From a bacterium (GTDB taxonomy: Bacteria; Bacillota_I; Bacilli_A; RFN20; CAG-826), in NCBI GenBank assembly GCA_963622135.1, contig CAVFGR010000002.1:4752-68751 (forward strand): DNA of 64,000 nucleotides, given 5' to 3'. Shown here in pieces: positions 56,280 through 64,000 of this stretch (its first letter is position 1; each line of letters opens with the position of its first letter). The translations under genes were made by a program, and so were the position numbers. The notes under the pieces were generated by a model. It saw only the letters and a program-made list of their open reading frames with translations. It ran no database searches and was not told the origin of the DNA.

Positions 56280-58742
56280 GTGTCTAGGCGAAGCGAGTTG
56301 GAAAATAAGGCAAGGGCCTACAGAAATTCGCATGCGGATTTGAAGTCCGGTCTTTCGTCTGATCAAGTTCAGGAGAGAACGAAGCAAGGATTAGTTAATA
56401 AGGCTTTGCGTCGAAATACCCGTCCGACCTGGAAAATCTTTTTATCTAATATCTGCTCTTATTTCAACATCGCTCTTTTCGTTGTTGTCATTGTTCAAAT
56501 CATCGCCGGTGTCAAATTGCTCAACTACTACACCTTTATTTTGCCCGTCATATTTAACATCACCATTGGTATCGTTACTGATTTACGAGCGAAAGTCTCA
56601 ACCGAGAAACTTAAAATCATCGGCCGTCAGGACGTAAACGTTGTAAGAGATGGCAAAATAATTGGAATCCTAGACGAAAAGGTTGTTCTCGGGGACATCA
56701 TCCACTTAAATTCGGGCGATCAAATCGTTGCCGATTCAATCGTGAGAGAAGGCTCTGTTCGCGTTGACGAATCGATGTTGACGGGTGAGTCGGTGAGAAT
56801 CGAAAAGAAAGAGGGAGACACCGTGCTTGCCGGATCTTTTGTCGTTTCCGGGCATTGCGTCACCGAAGCGGTGAAGGTCTCCTCCCTCAATTATTCGGCT
56901 TCAATCGAAGACCAAGCCAAACAATTCAGAAGGCCAAAGTCTGAATTAAAGACAGGCTGTTTCAGAATCTTTAGAATCACCGCCGGCATCGCGACCGTCA
57001 TAGGTGTCTCGATGTTCTTATTGGCGTATTTCAAAACGGGAAGGTTGGAAGACGGGACGTTCGATTTCGCCGGAACGATGGAAAACCTTTCCGGTTCTTT
57101 CGTCGCGATGATTCCAACGGGCTTATATCTTTTAACCTCGGTTACCTTAACTAAAGGTTCTATCGCTTTGGGAAGAAGGAAGATAAACGTGCAGGAACTC
57201 TATTCAATCGAGACTTTGGCTCGTGTTGATATGATTTGTTTTGATAAGACGGGAACCTTAACGGACGGCAATTTGGTTGTCGAACGCATCCACACCGTCA
57301 ATGGTTTGGATAAAGGCGATGTCAGGATGTATATCGCTTCCATCGTGGATGCGACGGAAGATAAAAACGTTACCGCCAAAGCCTTGAAAGCTTATTGCGG
57401 CGAGAATCATCTTTTAGCAAGCGAAGCTTTGCCGTTTACATCTGAAAATAAATATTCTGGGGCGACCATCGACGACGTCACTTGGGTCATCGGCGCCCCT
57501 GGCTTTGTCCCGGCTTATGAAAATAAAGAAGCCGAACTATTGGCTAAAGACGAAGCTTCCAAAGGCTTCCGCGTACTTGGTCTTTATTCAAACAAAAAAG
57601 GCATCAAAGACGGCAAAGTAGCAGGGAAATGCACCCTTGAGGCCGTCATCGTTATTTCTGACCACATCAAAGAAGATGCCGAACATACCATTAAATGGTT
57701 TGCTGAAAACGAAGTCCAATCCAAGGTGATTTCAGGTGATGATGCGGCCTCCGTTGCCGTCATCGCCAAGAGATGCGGCATTCCGAACGCCGATAACTAT
57801 GTTGATTTGTCCAAAGTCCCAGATAGCAAACTAGAAGACTACGCCGAAAAGACCACGATTTTCGGACGTGCCACCCCAGAGCAGAAAGCCCATCTCATCA
57901 AGATTTTCCAAAGACACGGCCATTCCGTCGCCATGACAGGAGATGGCGTCAATGATGTTTTGGCGTTAAAGCAAGCGGATTGCTCCATTGTTATGGGGAG
58001 CGGATCCACGGCGGCAAAGCATTGCGCCCATCTTGTCTCGGTCGATGACAACTTCGCCAAACTTCCCGATGTCGTCTTCGAAGGAAGGCGAGTAATCAAC
58101 AATTTGCAGAGAACGTCTTCGTTATTCTTAACCAAGACGGTTTTTGCCGTTATCTTGTCGGTTACCTTCTTGATTTTGTCTTTATTCACCACTTACAGTT
58201 ATCCATTGAAAACGACGAATTTGTTCTTATGGGAAATCGTCGTCATCGGAGCTGGTGGCGTGTTATTGGCGTTCGAACCATCAAAAGACCGACTGAAGGG
58301 TTCTTTTGTCAAAAACATTTTGGATATCGCTTGGCCTGGAGGCTTGTTGGCGGCCGCGATGACATTGATGTTCTTTACGATTTATGCCTGCGCTCCGTCA
58401 TTCATGAACAAAGAGCAATTCGATACGGTGGCAACCTTAGCCATCACTTTCTTGGCTTATGCTTCTTTGCTTAGGATTTCCATTCCTTTTACCAAGTATC
58501 GTTTGTTCGTCTTCATCTTGCTGGCGGTCGGCGGCATCGGCGGGATCCTTTTGGACCGCTTCTTGCCGACGACAGAGCAAAACCCAGGATCATTTATCAC
58601 CGTTATTTACTATGAGCAGCTCAATTGGAAACTGATTTTGATTTTAGTGGCCGCGATTCTTGTGTTTGCCACCTTATACATCGGGCTTATCCAATTAATC
58701 AAATACAGGAACAAAAAGAGAGAGGAGAAGAAATTCAGATGA
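56280..58742 (+). CDS. P-type (E1-E2) cation-transporting ATPase, specificity unclear
   Basis: CFDKTGTLT phosphorylation site, TGDGVNDVLAL hinge, and a TM4 motif IPTGL instead of PEGL or CPC. GTG start 1 nt after the upstream stop. Confidence 0.85.
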   Translation: MSRRSELENKARAYRNSHADLKSGLSSDQVQERTKQGLVNKALRRNTRPTWKIFLSNICSYFNIALFVVVIVQIIAGVKLLNYYTFILPVIFNITIGIVTDLRAKVSTEKLKIIGRQDVNVVRDGKIIGILDEKVVLGDIIHLNSGDQIVADSIVREGSVRVDESMLTGESVRIEKKEGDTVLAGSFVVSGHCVTEAVKVSSLNYSASIEDQAKQFRRPKSELKTGCFRIFRITAGIATVIGVSMFLLAYFKTGRLEDGTFDFAGTMENLSGSFVAMIPTGLYLLTSVTLTKGSIALGRRKINVQELYSIETLARVDMICFDKTGTLTDGNLVVERIHTVNGLDKGDVRMYIASIVDATEDKNVTAKALKAYCGENHLLASEALPFTSENKYSGATIDDVTWVIGAPGFVPAYENKEAELLAKDEASKGFRVLGLYSNKKGIKDGKVAGKCTLEAVIVISDHIKEDAEHTIKWFAENEVQSKVISGDDAASVAVIAKRCGIPNADNYVDLSKVPDSKLEDYAEKTTIFGRATPEQKAHLIKIFQRHGHSVAMTGDGVNDVLALKQADCSIVMGSGSTAAKHCAHLVSVDDNFAKLPDVVFEGRRVINNLQRTSSLFLTKTVFAVILSVTFLILSLFTTYSYPLKTTNLFLWEIVVIGAGGVLLAFEPSKDRLKGSFVKNILDIAWPGGLLAAAMTLMFFTIYACAPSFMNKEQFDTVATLAITFLAYASLLRISIPFTKYRLFVFILLAVGGIGGILLDRFLPTTEQNPGSFITVIYYEQLNWKLILILVAAILVFATLYIGLIQLIKYRNKKREEKKFR

Positions 58743-59644
58743 GAATCAACAATGAAGTGGCTTTAGCCTTAAAAGAAAACAAACCGGTCGTCGCTTTAGA
58801 GAGCACGATCATCTCTCATGGGATGCCTTATCCTCTTAATGTTGAGACGGCTTTGAAAGTGGAGGCCGAAGTTCGTAAATATGGGGCCATACCCGCCACG
58901 ATTGGCATTATCAACGGCGAACCTGTCGTCGGAATGACAGCAGAAGAAATCGAGGAATTTGGGAAGAGGAAAGGAATTGCCAAAGTATCAAAAAGAGACA
59001 TTCCTGTCGTTATGGCCAAGAAGGAATGGGGTGCCACGACCGTGAGCGCCACCATCATTTTTGCTGCCCGCGCCGGCATTAAATTCTTTGTTACCGGCGG
59101 TATCGGCGGTGTCCATAGAGGCGCGGAACATACATTCGATGTTTCAAGAGACCTATATGAATTGGCCGATGAGCCGGTGACCGTTATCTGCGCCGGAGCC
59201 AAAGCGATTCTCGATATCCCGAAAACTTTGGAGGTCTTGGAGACGAACGGCGTAACCGTGTTGTCTTATAAAGCCCCGCATTTTGCGAATTTCTATTGCG
59301 TTGATTCCGGCTATCCGGTCGATGGCGTTTTTGATAAGCCGAAAGAGGCCGCCGACATCGTCCACGCCAAAGAAGAGATGAATTTAAAAGGCGGGATTCT
59401 CATTTCCAACCCATGTCCGGAAGAATTGGCGATGCCGCACGAAGTGATTGATAAATATATCGATCAAGCCGTCAAAGAGGCTGAAGAACAGCACATAACC
59501 GGCAAGGAATCGACCCCGTTCTTATTGAAACGAATCGTTGAATTGACGGGTGGGGATTCTTTGGAGACCAATATCTCCTTGGTTTTGAACAACGCGAAAT
59601 TGGGAGCCCAAATCGCCGTCGAATACTATAAGGAGGCCCTATGA
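58739..59644 (+). CDS. psuG: Pseudouridine-5'-phosphate glycosidase
   Basis: MRINNEVALALKENKPVVALESTIISHGMPYP..GGIGGVHRG. I prefer ATG 58739, which forms an ATGA overlap with the ATPase stop. The ORF track starts at 58625. Confidence 0.88.
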   Translation: MRINNEVALALKENKPVVALESTIISHGMPYPLNVETALKVEAEVRKYGAIPATIGIINGEPVVGMTAEEIEEFGKRKGIAKVSKRDIPVVMAKKEWGATTVSATIIFAARAGIKFFVTGGIGGVHRGAEHTFDVSRDLYELADEPVTVICAGAKAILDIPKTLEVLETNGVTVLSYKAPHFANFYCVDSGYPVDGVFDKPKEAADIVHAKEEMNLKGGILISNPCPEELAMPHEVIDKYIDQAVKEAEEQHITGKESTPFLLKRIVELTGGDSLETNISLVLNNAKLGAQIAVEYYKEAL

Positions 59645-60204
59645 CAACCGAAGCCAAACTTAAAAAAGCCTTAAGGGAAGCGATGAGCGAGAAGCCGTTG
59701 TCAGAAATCAACGTCACCAAGCTTTGCGATACATGCAAGATCCATCGTCAGACCTTCTATTACCATTACCAGGATATTTATGATCTATTGACCGCCATCT
59801 TTTTGTCGGAGGAAATCAAAGGCTTAGATGCCGCCAAAACGGTGGATGAGGCTTTATTAGCCATCTTGAAATATCACAAAGAGAATTTCGTTTTCCTAAG
59901 AAGTGCTTATGGATCGTCGGCCTCGGAATTCGTCGATGATTTCGTTTATGGGAAAATCATGATGAAGATTTTCTCCATCTTCCTTGCGACCGAGAAATAC
60001 AAGTTGAGCAAAGAAGAGAATAGAACCTTGGCGAGACGCTACGCTCGCTTCGTTTCTCAAGAATTCTCGCATTGGCTGAAGAATACTTTGGTCTCTCCGA
60101 TCCGCTTTGAAAAAACGATGAAGCACTTTATCGCCGCTTCCAGCAAAAACGTTTTGCCGGGTCTCATCAAAGCCATCTACGAAGAAAGGAGTAAAAAAGC
60201 ATGA
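59641..60204 (+). CDS. TetR-family regulator (DhaS/dihydroxyacetone-kinase-regulator-like)
   Basis: N-terminal HTH (ITVTKLCDTCKIHRQTFYYHYQDIYDLL). ATGA overlaps on both sides. Confidence 0.7.
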   Translation: MTTEAKLKKALREAMSEKPLSEINVTKLCDTCKIHRQTFYYHYQDIYDLLTAIFLSEEIKGLDAAKTVDEALLAILKYHKENFVFLRSAYGSSASEFVDDFVYGKIMMKIFSIFLATEKYKLSKEENRTLARRYARFVSQEFSHWLKNTLVSPIRFEKTMKHFIAASSKNVLPGLIKAIYEERSKKA

Positions 60205-61388
60205 TTGATTTCAATTTCGTTTCGCCGACTAAGATCATCTTTGGCAAAGATAAAGAAAACCAAGTCGGTTCTTATATCAAATCTTATGGTTTTAAGAATG
60301 TTCTCTTGGTTTATGGCGGGAGCCACGCCTTAAAATCTGGCCTTATCGATAGAGTCAGAACCTCTCTTGAAGATGAAGGAATCGATTACGCCGAATTAAG
60401 CGGCGTCCAACCAAATCCGGTTCGGGAATTGGTCGAAGCCGGCAAAGAGATGGCCATAGAAAACAAATGTGATTTCATTTTGGCGGTTGGTGGCGGTTCG
60501 GCCATCGACACCGCGAAATCCATCGCCGTCAATGTTTATTATGATGGAGATGTGATGGATTTTAATGTCGGTAAGGCCACGCCGAGCAAAGCTTTGCCAA
60601 TCGGCGTTATCTTAACAATCGCGGCTGCTGGATCGGAATTAAGCGACTCCTGCGTCATTTCGGATGAAGATAAGCAAATCAAAGCGGGGTTCCATAACGA
60701 TATAGTTAGACCTTTGTTCGCGATTGAGAATCCGGAACTCACATATTCCTGCCCAAAATACCAAACCGGGGCTGGAATCATCGATATGATTAGCCATTCG
60801 TTGGAAAGATATATGTGTCCATCGAGCGAGTTACAATATTCAGACTCCTTGGCCTTGGCGGTCATCAAAGAAATCATCAATGCGGCGAAAGTCGTTAACA
60901 AGGACCCAAACAACTATGATGCGAGAGGCGCTTTGATGGTGTTGTCGGGCTTAGCACACAACGGCTTAACTTATTTAGCGAAGAAAAACTCCATGGTTTG
61001 TCACGGGGCGGAGCACGCCTTATCGGCCTTTGACCCAAAAATAACCCACGGGGCGGGAATTGGGGTTTGCTACCTCGGGTGGTCCAAGGCCTATCTCAAA
61101 GAGATGACTCCAAAACTTGCCGCTTCCGGCCGTTATTTGTTCGATATAAAAGAAAATGATGACATTCAGGCTGCAAAGATGCATATTCAAGCGATGCAAA
61201 ACTTCATCAAGGAGCTTGGAATGCCAACCAGCTTGGTTGAGTTAGGCATAAAAGAGGAAGATCTTGATAAACTTTCGGACCTTGCCACCAAAAACGATAC
61301 GAGAAAGATAGGCCTTGCCCCATATCCGTTAGATAAGGAAGGCGTAAGGAAAATTTACGAACATTGTTTGAATGAGGAGAATTTATGA
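60201..61388 (+). CDS. Iron-containing (group III) alcohol dehydrogenase
   Basis: GGGSAIDTAK and metal-ligand His motifs (HSLERY, HGAEHALS). Confidence 0.88.
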   Translation: MIDFNFVSPTKIIFGKDKENQVGSYIKSYGFKNVLLVYGGSHALKSGLIDRVRTSLEDEGIDYAELSGVQPNPVRELVEAGKEMAIENKCDFILAVGGGSAIDTAKSIAVNVYYDGDVMDFNVGKATPSKALPIGVILTIAAAGSELSDSCVISDEDKQIKAGFHNDIVRPLFAIENPELTYSCPKYQTGAGIIDMISHSLERYMCPSSELQYSDSLALAVIKEIINAAKVVNKDPNNYDARGALMVLSGLAHNGLTYLAKKNSMVCHGAEHALSAFDPKITHGAGIGVCYLGWSKAYLKEMTPKLAASGRYLFDIKENDDIQAAKMHIQAMQNFIKELGMPTSLVELGIKEEDLDKLSDLATKNDTRKIGLAPYPLDKEGVRKIYEHCLNEENL

Positions 61389-62581
61389 AAAGAAATGAAT
61401 CCCTTGGGTATTTTGTCTATTTGGTGATCATCGCCATCGCGGTCGTCGTTGGCATCACCGTCATCCGTCCTGATTTTATGGCGGCTAGAGAACTTCCTCT
61501 CCACCCGGCCGTAATTTGCGTTCTTGCGATCGTGGTGGGAATATTGCTTTCTTCCCTCTTACTTGAGCTTGGGCACCTTATCGGCGCCAGACTTGGCAAG
61601 AACAAAGTCGTCAAATGGGTCGTTCTTGGAATGGGTTACGAAGTCAAGGACAACGGCAAAAAGAAATTTGTCCTCAAAGATTTCGACGGTTTGACTGGCG
61701 AAACTTATGCCGTACCTGAAGACGTCAATACCAGCAACCCAAAGAAATCAATTTGGTGGGGCCTTTCCGGCTTATTCCTTTTCGTTCTCATCTCCGTGGC
61801 GTTGATCGTCGTCGGAACAGTTTATTACAGCGACCTCGTCTGGCTTAAAATCGTCGGCGAGATTTTCCTCACCATTGATGTCATGATCCTTTTCTATGAC
61901 ATTTTCCCTGCTGCCCTAGATGGCAAGAACGATGGCTATCTGATGATGATTTTGAACAACAAAACGAATAGGGAAGCCTACAATTCGATGATTTTGGCCA
62001 CTTATTTGATTTCAAAGGGCAAAGAGGCTCCGGCCATTAAGGTTTATGACGAAGTGACTGAGTTTACCGCTTCCGTCAATGACGTCACTTTGTATCAAGA
62101 TTTAGCGGCGCATAACTATGAAGGCGTCATCGAAATCTCTCAAAAGACCATCGACGCCAAAAAGAAGGTCTCAGGGGCGACTTATACCAACGCGTTGGCT
62201 CAAAAATTATCCGCTATCATCATGAGCAAACCTTTAGAAGAAGCCAAAGAGTTCTTTATCAACATGTCGATGGATGATAAAAAGAAGATTGCCCAGCTTA
62301 ATTCCATCCAAGCCATCAGGGCTTATATCCTCGCTAACGGGGTTATCGAGGAATCCGAATCCGAAGTTAGAACCGGATTGGACAATATTCATGGTAAAAT
62401 GCGTAAAGTAGCCAAAGAATATAAGGACATCGAAAAGCGAGCGTTGCTTGATGCCGCCGAATTCATCCACGATAAACACCCTGAATGGGATTTCGTCGAT
62501 TATTCTTTCTGGACCGAAGCTCACCCAGAGAAAGTAGAAGACAAAGAAACCAAAGAAGAAACTTCCAACAAGGAAGAATAA
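61385..62581 (+). CDS. M50/site-2-protease-like membrane protein with degenerate zinc motif plus cytoplasmic helical domain
   Basis: LELGH stands where HExxH is expected. The second S2P-like motif is retained (FPAALDGKNDG). The protein has 4-5 TM helices and then about 220 aa of helical, acidic tail. ATGA overlap with the ADH gene. Confidence 0.45.
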   Translation: MKRNESLGYFVYLVIIAIAVVVGITVIRPDFMAARELPLHPAVICVLAIVVGILLSSLLLELGHLIGARLGKNKVVKWVVLGMGYEVKDNGKKKFVLKDFDGLTGETYAVPEDVNTSNPKKSIWWGLSGLFLFVLISVALIVVGTVYYSDLVWLKIVGEIFLTIDVMILFYDIFPAALDGKNDGYLMMILNNKTNREAYNSMILATYLISKGKEAPAIKVYDEVTEFTASVNDVTLYQDLAAHNYEGVIEISQKTIDAKKKVSGATYTNALAQKLSAIIMSKPLEEAKEFFINMSMDDKKKIAQLNSIQAIRAYILANGVIEESESEVRTGLDNIHGKMRKVAKEYKDIEKRALLDAAEFIHDKHPEWDFVDYSFWTEAHPEKVEDKETKEETSNKEE

Positions 62582-62605
62582 ATAAAACAAGTAAAGGAGA
62601 CACCC

Positions 62606-64000
62606 ATGAAAGCAAAACAATCGATCTTCGCGATTATCTCGCTCTTTTCGTTGCTAACTTCTTGCGGCGCCGAACCTGAAAAAGGCGACAAAGGAGATAA
62701 GGGCGATACTGGCGAGACCGGCCAGAAAGGCGACACCGGCGAGCAAGGACCTAAAGGGGATACCGGTGAACAGGGACCCAAAGGTGATCAAGGCGTGCCG
62801 GGAAAAGACGGAACCGACGGCAAAGACGGAAGTAAGATCTATACCGGAAGCGGAGCCCCGTCTGAAGATTTTGGCGTTGAAGGCGACGTATATGTCGACA
62901 CTTCAACCGGCGATCTTTATACCAAAGGAACGAAATGGGATAAGACCGGGAACATCAAAGGCAATACGGGTGCCACGATCGTTGGAGTTCATATCAACGA
63001 TGATGGTTATCTCGTATGCGAGATGAGCGATGGAAGAGAAATTACCACTGAAGTTGTGGTTGTCGATAAAACCAAATACACCGTTAACTTCTATATCGGG
63101 GAGAACATCGTTCATACCGAAAACAACGTATTAAGCGGTTCGAAGATAACCCCGCCAGACGTTGACCCAACTGCTGGATATAAAATCGAATATTGGTATA
63201 CGAAAGATTATGGCTATAACGTGCCTTGGTCCTTTGTTGGCTGCACGGTTACTTCCGATCTTGATTTATATGCTAGCTTAGGGACTGTCGACTACACCAT
63301 AACTTATGAACTCGATGATGGTGTTAACAACGAAAATAACCCGACCACCTACACGGTTGAATCAGAAACCATCAACCTTCAAAACCCATCGAAAGACGGA
63401 TATTTCTTCGTTGGATGGTATTCGGATTCCACTTATTTAACTGCTTGCTCATCTATCGTTAAAGGATCGGTTGGCAATAAGACTTTCTACGCCAAATTCT
63501 TACTTAATTCCGAGGCTGAGGCCTTAGGTGTTAAGCCAGTTATCGACACTGTTAATAAGACGGCCACTTACGGCTTATATCCTCAATCTCGAGTAACCGA
63601 TGATGACACGATTACCAAACTCAAGAGCTTAACCTCCGCCGAGTCCAATGGTTGGTATTTGTTGGATGGCGCGTATTACGCCAAAAAGACGGCTAACCCA
63701 GACGACGCAAATTTCGCCAAGGTATTTGATAACGGCGATAAGATCGTAAAAGGAACTGAATATTGGTTTAAGTGCGAGCTTATCACTTGGAATATTCTTA
63801 CTTCCGATGACGGGACATATACCCTTTTAGCCAAACAAATATTGGATGGAAACAAATTTGGTTCTTCCAGGAATTATGCAAAATCGAATGTCAGAACTTG
63901 GCTTAACGGCACCTTCTACAACACAGCCTTCTACCTAGGGCTTAAGAATTGCCCTATTCAAACGGTCGAAATAGACAATAGTGCCGCTACCACCATCTCA
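62606..64000 (+). CDS. Surface lipoprotein with collagen-like Gly-X-Y stalk, Listeria/Bacteroides-type repeats and a DUF6273-like C-terminal region (3' end off-window)
   Basis: Manual translation from ATG 62606 (AAAGGAGA SD) gives MKAKQSIFAIISLFSLLTSC (lipobox) followed by 17 GXY triplets. Two repeats end GYKIEYWYT and GYFFVGWYSD. Then comes ..WNILTSDDGTYTLLAKQIL..NYAKSNVRTWLNGTFYNTAF. The frame stays open to position 64000. Confidence 0.8.
   Translation, partial: MKAKQSIFAIISLFSLLTSCGAEPEKGDKGDKGDTGETGQKGDTGEQGPKGDTGEQGPKGDQGVPGKDGTDGKDGSKIYTGSGAPSEDFGVEGDVYVDTSTGDLYTKGTKWDKTGNIKGNTGATIVGVHINDDGYLVCEMSDGREITTEVVVVDKTKYTVNFYIGENIVHTENNVLSGSKITPPDVDPTAGYKIEYWYTKDYGYNVPWSFVGCTVTSDLDLYASLGTVDYTITYELDDGVNNENNPTTYTVESETINLQNPSKDGYFFVGWYSDSTYLTACSSIVKGSVGNKTFYAKFLLNSEAEALGVKPVIDTVNKTATYGLYPQSRVTDDDTITKLKSLTSAESNGWYLLDGAYYAKKTANPDDANFAKVFDNGDKIVKGTEYWFKCELITWNILTSDDGTYTLLAKQILDGNKFGSSRNYAKSNVRTWLNGTFYNTAFYLGLKNCPIQTVEIDNSAATTIS
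62684..62836 (+). repeat. Collagen-like triplet repeat, (GGN-NNN-NNN)x17
   Basis: GDK GDK GDT GET GQK GDT GEQ GPK GDT GEQ GPK GDQ GVP GKD GTD GKD GSK. The antisense strand gives the spurious S/P-rich ORF at 62521..62781. Confidence 0.9.

Noticed and set aside
62521-62781. 86-aa minus-strand ORF with a striking S/P/V-rich repeat (SPVSPLGPCSPVSP...)
   Set aside because: It is the antisense reading of the plus-strand collagen-like GXY repeat. The plus-strand ORF has an SD, a lipoprotein signal and continues for more than 460 codons.
1-64000. Alternative genetic code (TGA read as Trp, Mollicutes code 4)
   Set aside because: An intact RF2 gene with a TGA-dependent autoregulatory frameshift is present. 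Many well-defined genes end at TGA at the expected C-termini (tsaC, yfhO-like, psuG, the TetR-like gene, the ADH gene).
1-64000. CRISPR arrays, transposases, integrases, prophage or defence-island genes, and tRNA or rRNA genes
   Set aside because: I found no direct-repeat and spacer periodicity, no recombinase-like ORFs and no cloverleaf-like segments in the short intergenic regions. The only repeats are the coding GXY and K/E/A/P tracts and the CIRCE and DnaA boxes.

Overview
This window is the replication-origin neighbourhood of a compact Bacillota-type chromosome. It uses the standard genetic code: TGA serves as a stop and RF2 is present. Many genes are joined by ATGA or TAATG overlaps, and lipoproteins are frequent, so the source may be an Erysipelotrichia, Acholeplasma or RF39-like lineage (taxon is a low-confidence guess). 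The core layout is rpmH-rnpA-yidC-jag-mnmE-tatD-rnmV-rsmA-ispE on the minus strand, then a bipartite oriC with DnaA boxes flanking dnaA. On the plus strand follow dnaA-dnaN-yaaA-recF-gyrB-gyrA-serS, a small SRP RNA and tadA. Further left lie uvrB, a yitT-like gene, prfB (with its +1 frameshift), secA, comFC/comFA, rpiB, tsaC, prmC and prfA on the minus strand. A dnaX-ybaB-recR-tmk-holB-ricT-rsmI block sits there on the plus strand. Accessory-looking stretches are at 16.2-32.3 kb and 53.3-64 kb. The first holds YfhO, a tandem PII-like protein, a double DUF1538 membrane protein, an RluA-family synthase, patatin, a HAD phosphatase, GH2, an M24 peptidase, Hsp20 with CIRCE operators, an M6 lipoprotein and a PIN-like protein. 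The second holds a fused MacB-like ABC transporter, a P-type ATPase, psuG, a TetR-like regulator, an iron alcohol dehydrogenase, an M50-like protein and a collagen-like lipoprotein. I found no rRNA or tRNA genes, CRISPR arrays, transposases, integrases or prophage genes. The most interesting observations are these: a fused DUF1538 plus tandem PII-like module translationally coupled to YfhO; a recurring leaderless-mRNA promoter architecture at six or more genes; a lipid-anchored collagen-like surface protein; a PIN-like protein with long K/E/A/P-rich tracts; and tandem CIRCE operators on hsp20. All family calls rest on motif recognition by eye; no searches were run.
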